DNA from: Candidatus Latescibacterota bacterium
Lineage (GTDB): Bacteria > Latescibacterota > UBA2968 > UBA8231
DNA: 64,000 nt
NCBI GenBank assembly: GCA_965206595.1
Contig: OZ242214.1
Location: 1,888,001 to 1,952,000 of the forward strand
Direction of reading: 5' to 3'
In this document: piece by piece, positions 31,229 to 41,064 of the stretch
How positions within the stretch are numbered: position 1 is the stretch's first letter
How the letters are laid out: every line of letters starts with the position of its first letter
Notes under the pieces: model-generated
What the model saw: only the letters and a program-made list of their open reading frames with translations
The model's database searches: none
Told to the model about the DNA's origin: nothing
Made by a program: the position numbers and the translations under genes

Positions 31229-32100
31229 TATATGGCCGACTTCAGGATCTGCTCAATTAACTCCTTCGAGCGCAGCAGACCTTCTTTTTGCAGATCGGCA
31301 GTCCTCCAGAAGTAATGGTCCTCAAGCTCGACGCTGAGGACGCCCTCGTAGCCGGCATCCTCCAGCCGCCGGATGACGAGCTGCCAGTCAACCATCCCCT
31401 CCCCCGGAATGGTGTAACGCCACCATCCCTCGCCGAATCCGTACCGCGACTCGAAGGTCGGTCCCAGGATGCCGCACTCGTAAAGGTTTTCGTCGATAAT
31501 CTCGGTATCCTTGAGGTGAACGTGGTGCACGCGATCGGCGAACTCGTGCAGGAGCCGCACGTGATCGATCTGGATGCGGGCGAAATGAGAGGGATCGTAG
31601 CAGATTCCGAGGTTAGGTGAAGGAATGGCGGCAAAAATACGGCGCAAATTTTCGGGACTGCACCCGAGATTGGAATAATATGGCGCAGGCCCTGGCCACG
31701 GTTCTATTGCGATCTGTACTCCCACCTCCTCGGCGTGTTCCACCACATCGGGATACACCTTCTCGAAGATTTCGAACGACTTGGCGCGGGGCTGGCTGGG
31801 ATCATCCGGCATCAGAACGGCGAAATAGGTTTTTCCGCCATGCCTCGCCATTTCGCTCAGGTCCTTCTTCAGGGTCGCGAGGGCATTGCCCCGCTTTCCT
31901 TCGTCGGCCGACAACAGACCGTTGCCGCGCGCATCGGAAGTACCGATATCCAGCCCTACCCGTTTGCAGGTTGCGACAATCTCACTCGTGAGCAGAGGCG
32001 TATCAACCGCCCCGAACCCGTTCTCCGACAGCCATTCGGCAAATGCGTCAAAACCGGTCTCTCCGGCGAACCCGGGCGGCCGGGCGCCAACCTTCATCAT
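31228..32100 (-). CDS. Sugar phosphate isomerase/epimerase (TIM barrel)
   Basis: IAIEP, YDPSH, HVHLKD, PGEG, SVELE. Confidence 0.88.
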   Translation of the reverse strand: MMKVGARPPGFAGETGFDAFAEWLSENGFGAVDTPLLTSEIVATCKRVGLDIGTSDARGNGLLSADEGKRGNALATLKKDLSEMARHGGKTYFAVLMPDDPSQPRAKSFEIFEKVYPDVVEHAEEVGVQIAIEPWPGPAPYYSNLGCSPENLRRIFAAIPSPNLGICYDPSHFARIQIDHVRLLHEFADRVHHVHLKDTEIIDENLYECGILGPTFESRYGFGEGWWRYTIPGEGMVDWQLVIRRLEDAGYEGVLSVELEDHYFWRTADLQKEGLLRSKELIEQILKSAI

Positions 32101-32176
32101 TGCTCTCGCTCCTCGTGGGGTTTATTGCGGATCTCAGCTGCGCCTGTCTCCAATCGTATCGGACCGGCTTCCGGCA

Positions 32177-33346
32177 TTACCGCCCTCTTTCTCGACCCTC
32201 GCTTCCGGGGTTGAGCCATTGGCTGGCGACCAGCGAGAGCAGGGCCAGAAACGCACCGATGAAGAAAATCACGCGATAGCCAAAGTAATGCCATGCAAAC
32301 CCACCCAGCAACGGCGCTGCTACAGCGGCGAAGTGATTCATCGTCACCCCCATCGACAGCGTCGGCTTGAGGTCTTCCACGAGGGCGATTTTGTTTAAAT
32401 AAGTGGTCAGCGCGATAGCGCCGAAGAAAATCAGGTTGTCGATACAGTAGAGGACGTAAAGGATCGGCCGGTTTTCGATGATGCCGTACCCGACAAAGAC
32501 GAAGATCACCAGAAAATAGCCGATGCTGAGCATCTGGCGTTCCCCCCGTAAATCGACGAGGCGTCCAATCATGGGAGCGGAAATTGTAATCAGTACCTGG
32601 TTGATCAGCACCAGGACCATGGTGGTCTCCACCGGCATCCCGTGAACCTTGACGAGTGCAAAAATCGCGAAGGTGATGAACATCTGCCGTCGGCACCCTT
32701 CGAGAAACTGAAGCAGGTAGTAGAGGCCATAGCGGCGTTTGAGCACGAACCCCTTCTCTTCAACCCCGGAATGTCCCCGCGAGGCGAAAAAAAGCGCCAA
32801 GCCTCCGAGGATGGTAGCTGCACCCGCGAGGATGTACATGCCTTCATAACTGATCCGCTCCAATAGGACCATGCAGGCGCCGATGGTGATAAACCAGGCG
32901 ACGCTGTTTATGCCGCGCAGCTGGCCGAGCCACCTCCCCTTTCCTCCGGGCGGGGAGAAGCGCAGGGCCAAGGTAGATTCCATCGGGAGCCAGCAGTGGA
33001 AACCGATGCTCCACACCAACGAATAGACGGCCAGCTTCGGCACCGAGCTCACGTCGGCATACGCCATCAGACCCACCCCCATGATCGCCAGCCCCACTCC
33101 GGCAACCAGTGAGGGGGCCAAGCGAATCATCAAGGCGATGAAAAGGGCATTCAGAAAACCGGGAATCTCCCGAAGCGACTCCACCCAACCGAGTTCGTGT
33201 GCGTCGATGTCCAGGCGCTCGACGATGAAGTTGTTGAACAAGGTCAGCTGGACGCCGAAAAAGATGCCGACACCGAAAACGGCCGTTGCCAGCAGCGTAA
33301 AGTCGCGATTCCACTCGGAGAATGGAGTGTTCCGGAGCAGGCGCAT
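32177..33346 (-). CDS. MFS transporter
   Basis: About 12 TM helices; GRLVDLRGER loop motif. Confidence 0.88.
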   Translation of the reverse strand: MRLLRNTPFSEWNRDFTLLATAVFGVGIFFGVQLTLFNNFIVERLDIDAHELGWVESLREIPGFLNALFIALMIRLAPSLVAGVGLAIMGVGLMAYADVSSVPKLAVYSLVWSIGFHCWLPMESTLALRFSPPGGKGRWLGQLRGINSVAWFITIGACMVLLERISYEGMYILAGAATILGGLALFFASRGHSGVEEKGFVLKRRYGLYYLLQFLEGCRRQMFITFAIFALVKVHGMPVETTMVLVLINQVLITISAPMIGRLVDLRGERQMLSIGYFLVIFVFVGYGIIENRPILYVLYCIDNLIFFGAIALTTYLNKIALVEDLKPTLSMGVTMNHFAAVAAPLLGGFAWHYFGYRVIFFIGAFLALLSLVASQWLNPGSEGRERGR

Positions 33347-33625
33347 CAGTCCCCGCCTTCAAGGCGGGCAGAAATGAACATCGAAGGGTTGTTTCGAAGG
33401 GAGGTTTAAAGGAACAAGCCGAGGTGCAGGTGCTTTTCAGCCGATGCCCGGGACCATTCTGCTCCCGGTTCGAGGTGCACTTTGGGGACTAATCAGAGAA
33501 TGTCTTGGGGGAGCCCAAGGCATTGCGGCAGGCAACCAGAATCGATGGGAACGGATCTGCAGCCTGGCTCTGGAGCACCTAGTTCTCGAAAATTAAGGCT
33601 TCCCCCTCAACAAGGAGAAGGGTTC

Positions 33626-34369
33626 GTGAAAGATGAACGTGTATTTGTAGGAGATCTGACGCGCAAGGAGTTTCGGGAGCGCATGCAGGCGGGCACAATA
33701 CAGGCAGCAATCGTTCCTACGGGTGCTACCGAGCAGCACAACGAACATCTGGAGATGGTACACGACATCCTGCATTGTGCTCACATGGCTGAACAGGCAG
33801 CCAGGCGCCTGCTGCCGCGGGTCGTGGTTGCTTCTCCCATATCGATCGGTGTATCCGAGCACTGGATGGAGCACATCGGAACCCTCACGGTCAGGCCCGA
33901 GATTTTCTGCGAGTACGTGTTCGACGTCTGCCGCTCCCTGCAGAGGGCCGGTATCGGGAACATCCTCATTCTGAACGGCCACGGAGGCAACGTAAAGCCG
34001 CTGATGAGACGAATAGACGAGTACCGGGACAAGCTGAAAATCAACCTGAGGTTCCAGTCCTACTGGGACGTGTACGATCCGGAGCTAGTTCAACAGACCA
34101 TGGAACTGGGAAGATTGCCAGGTCACGCCGGCGAGTACGAAACCTCGACCATGTATGTTCTGGCCCCGGAAAGGGTTCATACCGAGGATATCGTCGACGA
34201 GGGTGGAGTCTTGGCAACTCGCGAAAAAGGAGAGCGCCTGATCGAGCCGGTGATCGCCGGGGTAGCCCGGATCCTGGAACAGATGATCGCCGGCGAGAAA
34301 GTCGACTGTCCACCGAAGACCTTCGGACCCGAAGGACCTCTCCACATGATGACAGGAGAGCCTCTGTAG
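33626..34369 (+). CDS. Creatininase/amidohydrolase family protein
   Basis: PTGATEQH, NGHGGN, GHAGEYETS; AAGGAG before GTG. Confidence 0.88.
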   Translation: MKDERVFVGDLTRKEFRERMQAGTIQAAIVPTGATEQHNEHLEMVHDILHCAHMAEQAARRLLPRVVVASPISIGVSEHWMEHIGTLTVRPEIFCEYVFDVCRSLQRAGIGNILILNGHGGNVKPLMRRIDEYRDKLKINLRFQSYWDVYDPELVQQTMELGRLPGHAGEYETSTMYVLAPERVHTEDIVDEGGVLATREKGERLIEPVIAGVARILEQMIAGEKVDCPPKTFGPEGPLHMMTGEPL

Positions 34370-34528
34370 GAAACTGCATAGCGGTTTTTCCCTGTGTTTG
34401 CCAATCGGCTCGTGCCGGTGTTATTTTGGATTCCACTTTCCTTCCTCATCCGACATCCCTTCCTGCATCGCGCTGCCTTCCCCGGGAATCCGCGACGAAC
34501 CAGGCTCGCTGAAACCGGAACCTCCTGC

Positions 34529-35299
34529 GTGGAAACGATCGTTGCCGCCATAATTGCCGGCCTGCTCCTGCTCTGGGGGGGCGTCTTGGCACTCCTGAAA
34601 ATGGTGGAGCGCTTCGAGAGCAAGCATGTTCTCGGAATCGGTGCGTACACCACTGCAGTCGCCGGACTGGTAATGGGCCTCGTCCTCTTCATTGCTCATG
34701 AGCGTCAGCGGGAACACCGGCGCGAACTGCAGGAGCAGATGGAGGGGGTTACTGAACGACTTGGCGATCTCAGTGAGCGCCTGGTCAGCCAACTGGCGGA
34801 GAAGGCAGACCTGACCGCCTCCGAATTCGAGGTGCGCTCTCGCCTCCAGAGCGAGAAGGTCGCCCATAAGCAGACCCGGGACACACTTGGGGAGTTGGGT
34901 GCGCGATACGGCGAACTCAAGGCGAAACTGGAGAAAGAACGCCGTGCTCGCCTGCAGTACCAGGAGGGGCAGAACGAGAAGGCGGAGGAGCGCTTCCGAA
35001 AAGAGGAGGAGCGCTACGAGGGGATTCGCGAGGTTCTCGACCTTCACCGGGGCACGACGAAGGGGATGCAGAAGCAACTAGCACACATTCAGGATGAGGC
35101 CGCCCGCATCCAGAAGCAGGTGTCGGGATTGAGCGCCAGTCAGAACAGCCTGATCGGCAAGGTGAGTTCAACCGCAGAGGTCCAGGACCTGAACACCCGA
35201 AAGATCGACGCCGTGGCCCGGAGCCAGGCTTCACTTTACCGCGACATGGCGCGAACCATGGCGCAGGTCGACAGTCTTTACAGATGGAAAAGAAAGTAG
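34529..35299 (+). CDS. Two-TM protein with a long coiled coil
   Basis: Two N-terminal hydrophobic helices followed by about 190 aa of E/Q/R/K-rich heptads. Confidence 0.7.
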   Translation: METIVAAIIAGLLLLWGGVLALLKMVERFESKHVLGIGAYTTAVAGLVMGLVLFIAHERQREHRRELQEQMEGVTERLGDLSERLVSQLAEKADLTASEFEVRSRLQSEKVAHKQTRDTLGELGARYGELKAKLEKERRARLQYQEGQNEKAEERFRKEEERYEGIREVLDLHRGTTKGMQKQLAHIQDEAARIQKQVSGLSASQNSLIGKVSSTAEVQDLNTRKIDAVARSQASLYRDMARTMAQVDSLYRWKRK

Positions 35300-35328
35300 C
35301 CCCGGTTCCTTATTGCGTGGAGAAACAG

Positions 35329-36165
35329 ATGCGTGTCTTCTGGAGAAGCGGTATTGCCGTCCCCTTTGCAAGTGCGGTTTTGTTGACGTTGTCCTGCGGA
35401 CCTTCCGAGGAAGAGATCCTGTTTGCCGAGCTGCAGGAGGATTTGACCAAAGCCAACACGACCATCGACAGCCTGAACTACACAGTCGAATCTTCGAATA
35501 TGCTTATCGACGATATGAGATCCCGCGTCGACAGCCTGCAGCGGGTTGACACCAAGCTGCTGCAGTCGGTTCAGCGCCTCAACAAGGCGGTCAAGAAATG
35601 GCGGGATCTCGCCCGGGATCACAAGCGCAAGAACGAGCAGCTCACCGCGGAGATCCGGAATCTCAAGCGCGAAAAACAGGCGGATATTCAGACCATCTCC
35701 AAGCTGCGACGGCAGGCCGACAGCCTGAACGCGACCTTGCTCGATGCCCATACCAGCATCCGGAGGCAGGAGGACCACATTCGGCGCATGGAAGTCGATC
35801 TCGTCCGTGCCCGGGAGGACGCTGCCGCCTTGCGACGGGCGCAAACTTCGGTGCGTGTCTATGCGGCGACCGAATCTTTTCTGGAAGAGAACAGCTACCT
35901 GAAGTCCTCGCGGGCCTTCCGCCGGGGTTTTCGAAAGTCGTTCAAGATGACGAAGAAACCGGAGCCGAACGACCTCTCGGTCAAGCTGGTAAAAGTAGGA
36001 GAGACACTGATGCTCGAAGGGGAGGTAAAGGCCCTGGTCGATCGGTACGGTTCGCTCAAGAAAGGGGATGATTACAAGTTGGACCGGAGCGAGGGAATGG
36101 CGATCCTGACTTTCTCCAACGAGATGCTTGGCGGCGCCGATGTGCTCGCCATAATGAAAGAGTAA
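35329..36165 (+). CDS. Coiled-coil lipoprotein
   Basis: Lipobox LTLSC, long heptad region, C-terminal beta-rich domain. Confidence 0.75.
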   Translation: MRVFWRSGIAVPFASAVLLTLSCGPSEEEILFAELQEDLTKANTTIDSLNYTVESSNMLIDDMRSRVDSLQRVDTKLLQSVQRLNKAVKKWRDLARDHKRKNEQLTAEIRNLKREKQADIQTISKLRRQADSLNATLLDAHTSIRRQEDHIRRMEVDLVRAREDAAALRRAQTSVRVYAATESFLEENSYLKSSRAFRRGFRKSFKMTKKPEPNDLSVKLVKVGETLMLEGEVKALVDRYGSLKKGDDYKLDRSEGMAILTFSNEMLGGADVLAIMKE

Positions 36166-36235
36166 ACGAACAGCCGAATAATCCTCGCTCCACATTCAGT
36201 CCCGTCGTGGCGAGTCCCATCGGCGGCGGGACTGC

Positions 36236-36655
36236 TTACCAGCCGTGAACGAACACGGCTGTTCTCACCTTCTCCCCCGATTGATCCGTCGATAGAAGTG
36301 AATCGGCGTACGCGGCATGGCGCACGATCTGCTCGCGGCTGCCGCCTCGCCGAAACAGGTGAAGGTCCGCTTCCGGGTCGCTGATCAGCGAGGCTACCTG
36401 GCGGCGAAAGTCCGCTTCGTTCATGCGGCGCAGGATTTTCGTTCCGTCCGACGACAGCCCGAACCCGTGGTCGCCGTAGACGACGACCACGTCCCCCGTC
36501 CTCGGATCCTGTTTGTGAACCCGCCAAACCGGCTTGGATACGTTGAGAATCATGATGCCGAGGCAGAGTGTCAGCATCATGATGCCGAGAAACAGCTCTT
36601 TGCTGATGTCGTGTTCAACTACATCGGCGTCGACCTTACGCAGGAAGCGGCTCAC
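36236..36655 (-). CDS. Single-TM protein, putative MotB/ExbD-like partner
   Basis: HDISKELFLGIMMLTLCLGIMIL helix; GTG start overlaps the upstream TGA. Confidence 0.6.
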   Translation of the reverse strand: MSRFLRKVDADVVEHDISKELFLGIMMLTLCLGIMILNVSKPVWRVHKQDPRTGDVVVVYGDHGFGLSSDGTKILRRMNEADFRRQVASLISDPEADLHLFRRGGSREQIVRHAAYADSLLSTDQSGEKVRTAVFVHGW

Positions 36656-37428
36656 GCCTGCGCTCCTTCATCGCGAGCCTGGAGCCACATCTCCTCGAGC
36701 CTGCCCAGCCGCCGGATCAGGTAGTCGGTGGCTTTGCGAAGCGGCAGAAAAGCGAGCAGTGCTACCAATGTAGTCTGGAAAGCGAGGACAAGGCCGTTCG
36801 CCATGGAGCTCAGCACCTTGAAGGTTTCCGTCGCCTCGTTGATGAAACCCAGTTGCTGCGCCATCAGCAAAATACCGCACACGGTTCCGAGGTAGCCATA
36901 GAAGGGAATCCGCGATAGATCGTTGCGGACATTCAACAGCGGCGTTCCCAGCACCCCAACAAGCTCTTCGAGCGCCTCGTCATCCCGCATCCTGATGTCC
37001 GCGTAATGCTGGTGACCGCGCCGGAATTTCGACAGGGCTTGCTGGCGCTGGTAGGCCAGTGTTTCCCGCGGAGGATCTTCCCTGGATGCCCAGGCAGCCT
37101 CTTCTGACTGCAAGTGCAAGGCGGTGCGTATCAGAACCAGCAGATGGCCGGAAGCCGCGCCGGTTACCAGTAAATACGATCCGCGCCCCACCCACTCGAT
37201 GAGGTTGAAGCGGGCCGTCTGGGAGGCGAAGTAAAGGACGATGGCGCCGATTGTCAGTCCGGAAAGGGCTCCCAGAACGCTGGCTATTTCTCGCAGCCGG
37301 GGGGTGACGATTCCGTACTCCCGCTCGCGTCGAGAAATTTCGCGGGCACGGAGCAGCAACACGAGGCTGCCACTGGCCCCACAGGCCAAAAGGAACAGGA
37401 CGGCGACGACGTAGGAAAGCCAGTTCAC
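36652..37428 (-). CDS. MotA/TolQ/ExbB proton-channel family protein
   Basis: IPFYGYLGTVCGI and GLVLAFQTTLVAL helices; 3 extra N-terminal TM helices; GTG overlaps the upstream stop. Confidence 0.78.
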   Translation of the reverse strand: MNWLSYVVAVLFLLACGASGSLVLLLRAREISRREREYGIVTPRLREIASVLGALSGLTIGAIVLYFASQTARFNLIEWVGRGSYLLVTGAASGHLLVLIRTALHLQSEEAAWASREDPPRETLAYQRQQALSKFRRGHQHYADIRMRDDEALEELVGVLGTPLLNVRNDLSRIPFYGYLGTVCGILLMAQQLGFINEATETFKVLSSMANGLVLAFQTTLVALLAFLPLRKATDYLIRRLGRLEEMWLQARDEGAQA

Positions 37429-38708
37429 GAGCTTTCCCAAACCCCAGCTTCCTTCGAGGTCGATTCCGCGCGGAACAGCTTCCACCACCGGTGGGACGCT
37501 GCCCCGGTGTAGACAGACAGTATAGTGAACACCAGCAACAACCGGGCGTTGGGTTCGTCTCTCCCAATCCCGAGGGCTTCCCCTGCTGGGGGCGTGGCGA
37601 CCGGACGACCACCCTGCGGTCCGAGGTCGCGGGGAGGCTGATAATCGAGACGGCGGTCTTCCTCCCCCTTTCCCGACCGGAGTGTAAACTCCTGGTGCGT
37701 CGCCGCGGACACCCCCTTCAACTGGCGCGCCGGCCGCAGGACGAGTTTGCGGTCGTCCTGGGGCAGAAGCTTCACCCATTTTAGCAGTCGGGCTGAAGTT
37801 GCCACGCTTGCCAGCTCTTCGGAAAGGGGCTCGCTCCTTCCGAGGCTGTAGGCAATCGGCGAGCGATGGGAACCCCTGAACCGCAAGTACGGCTCAACCC
37901 AGGTGTGCCTCTGCTCCAGGGCTTGTGCCAATCGGCGGCGCTCCTGCTGGAGATGGGCAAGGCGGCTGATCGCGACGTGGAAATCCATCGGCTGTTCTTT
38001 TCCCCAGGTGGGGGGCAGGCCGGGAACTGGCGCCCTGCGGTTTCCGGCTGCGCGAACATCCTCGGCAGAGAAGCGTGCACTCAGCCAGATCTCCCCGAAA
38101 AGCTTCTCCCCCCAGACGACCTTTGCTTCGGGGATATCCGGTTGTGCGTGGGTGTAGAAAATTTCCTCGGCCATCTGGTTACCGCTCCCCCCCTTCCCCC
38201 GCTTCCAACTCCCTTCACGAGTCGTTACCACCGGACTCAGGCCGCCGTCGCTCCATTCGACGTAGAGACCTGCCATGAAACCGCTCTCCACCCGGTCCGT
38301 GTCCCAGCAGTGGGCCTGCAAGAGGTTGTTTTTTCGCAGATAGAACTCGGGAATCTCTACTCGTGTCGGGATCAAACGGGTAGCGCTGACCGGGGTACCG
38401 TTGAGGAACAACTCCGCTTCGTCATCCGCCCAGAACAACAGCACGAGTTGTGCGTCGTTCGGCAGCAGGTTCCTGGGGGCGGATTTCTTGGTGAGCTCAT
38501 CGACGCTGTCGGGACCGAGTTGCCGCATGATCGTGTCGACGGCCGCGGCCACAGCATTGTACTGCCGCCGCAGCGACAGGCTCTCGCCGTCAACCCAATC
38601 CGTCCGATGGCGACCCCCGGCGCCCGAACTCGCGTCGATGACGACCGCGACGAAAAAAACCGCAAGGGAACATCCTCCCGCCAGCAACAGAAGCATCGGT
38701 CTATACAT
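37425..38708 (-). CDS. Membrane-anchored protein with a lectin/CBM67-like beta domain
   Basis: N- and C-terminal hydrophobic helices; WADDEAELFLNG...NLLQAH...GFMAGL...SWK pattern. Confidence 0.6.
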   Translation of the reverse strand: MYRPMLLLLAGGCSLAVFFVAVVIDASSGAGGRHRTDWVDGESLSLRRQYNAVAAAVDTIMRQLGPDSVDELTKKSAPRNLLPNDAQLVLLFWADDEAELFLNGTPVSATRLIPTRVEIPEFYLRKNNLLQAHCWDTDRVESGFMAGLYVEWSDGGLSPVVTTREGSWKRGKGGSGNQMAEEIFYTHAQPDIPEAKVVWGEKLFGEIWLSARFSAEDVRAAGNRRAPVPGLPPTWGKEQPMDFHVAISRLAHLQQERRRLAQALEQRHTWVEPYLRFRGSHRSPIAYSLGRSEPLSEELASVATSARLLKWVKLLPQDDRKLVLRPARQLKGVSAATHQEFTLRSGKGEEDRRLDYQPPRDLGPQGGRPVATPPAGEALGIGRDEPNARLLLVFTILSVYTGAASHRWWKLFRAESTSKEAGVWESS

Positions 38709-38977
38709 CAGCTTCCAGGCTATTCTGAATTTGACAAAGCTGGTGTCAGAAAAACGGTTGTGGCAAACAAACCGTACGGGAAATCGCACGAATCATTCCC
38801 CCCGAATAGCCCGGGGAAATTTGACGTTTCGCCGGATTCCAGGTGTCAGGGATTCCAATGCTCCCTAGGCGGAACCGAGCCAGTGTTCAGGTCGACTCCA
38901 TGCAGCGAAAGGTGCCGGAAATCCGTTTGCGATTCGATGTAAGCCCGAGCCGGTTACCGAGGTCGGTGGGTGAGAGG

Positions 38978-39748
38978 TCAGGTGTTCGACCTCGACTGTC
39001 CCCCGTCGACATTGATGCACGTCCCAGTCACCCAGCTGGCCCGGGGAGAAGCGAGGAAGGCGACCACCGCGGCCACCTCTTCGGGGGTTCCGAACCTGCC
39101 CGAAGGGATATTCTCCTCCACGAATTTGGCGATCCTCTCCGGGTTCTCCTTCTGGCGGCGTTCCCAGCTTCCGCCCGGGAAGACAATGGACCCGGGGGCT
39201 ACGGAATTGACGCGAATCCCCTTCTCAGCCGCTTCCCTGGCGAAATTGGCAGTCATGCTGATCATCGCCGACTTGGCGGCGTTGTAGGAGATCGGACCGC
39301 CCGTCTCTCGACCGAAAATCGAGGAGATGTTGATGATGCTGCCGCCGCCTCGCTTCTCCATGACCGGTACTGCTGCCCTTGACATGCGTACGGCCGAGAA
39401 GAAACTCAGGGAGAATACCCGGTCCCATTCGTCGTCCGTGATGTCGGCAAATGGTGTCCATACCGATCCCCCCACATTGTTGACGAGGATATCGACCCCC
39501 CCATACCGGTCGCTGGCGGCCGCGACCACGCGTTCGGACTCATCCGGGGTGGTTACGTCGGCGACTTCCGAGCCGACCTCGACCCCGGCCTCTGCAAGTT
39601 TCGCCGCGGCGGCATGCAGCGGTTCCGCGGTTCGGGCGCAGATAAACAGATCGGCTCCCTCAGCGGCCAGACAGCGTGCGATTCCAAGGCCGATGCCACG
39701 GCTGGCGCCGGTAACCAGAGCGACCTTGCCTTTCAGTTCGAGATCCAT
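38978..39748 (-). CDS. SDR family oxidoreductase
   Basis: TGASRGIG, VNNVG, YNAAK. Confidence 0.92.
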   Translation of the reverse strand: MDLELKGKVALVTGASRGIGLGIARCLAAEGADLFICARTAEPLHAAAAKLAEAGVEVGSEVADVTTPDESERVVAAASDRYGGVDILVNNVGGSVWTPFADITDDEWDRVFSLSFFSAVRMSRAAVPVMEKRGGGSIINISSIFGRETGGPISYNAAKSAMISMTANFAREAAEKGIRVNSVAPGSIVFPGGSWERRQKENPERIAKFVEENIPSGRFGTPEEVAAVVAFLASPRASWVTGTCINVDGGQSRSNT

Positions 39749-39766
39749 CGAATGTTCCCTTCTTTC

Positions 39767-40723
39767 CTAGGCGGGGCTTTTCAGGACGAGGAGCAGGACA
39801 TACACCACACACAGTCCGAGGAGGACGACGCCTTTCCACCTGTCGAAACGGTATCCGATCCGCATCAGCCCCAACATCGTCAAGACCACGACGAGCATGG
39901 CGGGGAACATGAAATGGATGACTTCTTCCTCCACCTTCAGGTCGTTGACGGTAGCCGAGGCTCCTGCTATCCAGCAGATGTTGAGGATATCCGCCCCGAG
40001 AATATTTCCGACCGCGACGCTCCCCTGTTTTTTGAGGGCCGAGGCGACACAGGTGGCGATTTCCGGGATCGACGTTCCCAGGGCGATCAGGCCGAGAGCG
40101 ACGACGGTCTCGGAAACTCCGAGGCCGAGAGCGACCACCTCCGCTGATTCGACGATGTACTCGCTGCTGACGACGACCCCCCCCAACCCGACGGCAAACA
40201 GCAGCAGTATCCGCAACAACGAGCGTTCCGGTACACCTTCGGGCACGTCATCCTGGCTGGGATTGCGCCGTCGCTGGACGTAAGTGAAAACCAGGTAACC
40301 GCAAAAACCGACCACGAGGAGAAGCCCTTCCCAACGCGACAAAGTGCCGTCGAAGCAAAGGGCGTAGGCAACCACATCGACGCAGATCAGGAAAACCGCC
40401 GCGGCTCTGAATACCGGCCTGTCGATCAGGACCACAACCGGTGAGAGCAGCGCGACCAGGGGAAGCGCGAGGACGTCGTCGTAGATGACCGAACCGACGG
40501 CATTCCCTAGAGCCAATTCCGACTTACCTGAAGCAGCGGCCTGTACCGAAACCGCCAGCTCGGGGGCAGTGGTTCCGATACTGACGATGACGATGCCGAT
40601 CAGGATGGCCGGTACCTGCAGGCGGCGGGCAAGATCCACGGCTCCCTCGACCATCCAGTCGGCACACTTCCCCAAGACGGCAAAACAGAGCACCATGATC
40701 CCTGCAGCAGTCCAGAAATCCAT
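39767..40723 (-). CDS. Calcium/sodium antiporter (YrbG-like)
   Basis: GTTAPE / GTSIPE alpha repeats; GNAVGS / GNILGA. Confidence 0.9.
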   Translation of the reverse strand: MDFWTAAGIMVLCFAVLGKCADWMVEGAVDLARRLQVPAILIGIVIVSIGTTAPELAVSVQAAASGKSELALGNAVGSVIYDDVLALPLVALLSPVVVLIDRPVFRAAAVFLICVDVVAYALCFDGTLSRWEGLLLVVGFCGYLVFTYVQRRRNPSQDDVPEGVPERSLLRILLLFAVGLGGVVVSSEYIVESAEVVALGLGVSETVVALGLIALGTSIPEIATCVASALKKQGSVAVGNILGADILNICWIAGASATVNDLKVEEEVIHFMFPAMLVVVLTMLGLMRIGYRFDRWKGVVLLGLCVVYVLLLVLKSPA

Positions 40724-40954
40724 CGATTATCTTGTTGAAACTGAGGGAGTTACGGTGAAAGAAGAGGATTTGAAAAGGCCGCTTAGGTTAGGACCCACCT
40801 CCCCCCTTGTCAAGGGAAGGGATCTACTTTCAGATAGAAGAACAAGGGGCGGTTTCACTGATCTGCATGGCTTCGAGGTGGGAGTCAGACCGGTTTGGCA
40901 CTGCCCCCAACCAGGTATTTCCGGGTGGTTGCATCTTCGTACACACAAGTCTTT

Positions 40955-40992
40955 TTGTAATAATTATTCTTGCCAGGGCATAATTATTACCT
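40955..40992 (+). promoter_or_regulatory. Putative tandem ARG boxes (ArgR operator)
   Basis: ATAATTATT twice with 20-bp periodicity in the AT-rich region upstream of argG. Confidence 0.45.
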
Positions 40993-41064
40993 AACTTCAC
41001 CTACTTCGGAGTAGGCGAAACAAGGCCCTTACGGTCATCCCATCGAGAGGGAGAAGAAAATCAC

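Noticed and set aside
36236-38708. Zorya defence system
   Set aside because: The MotA-like protein lacks the long ZorA tail, the partner lacks an OmpA domain, and no ZorC/D/E is adjacent
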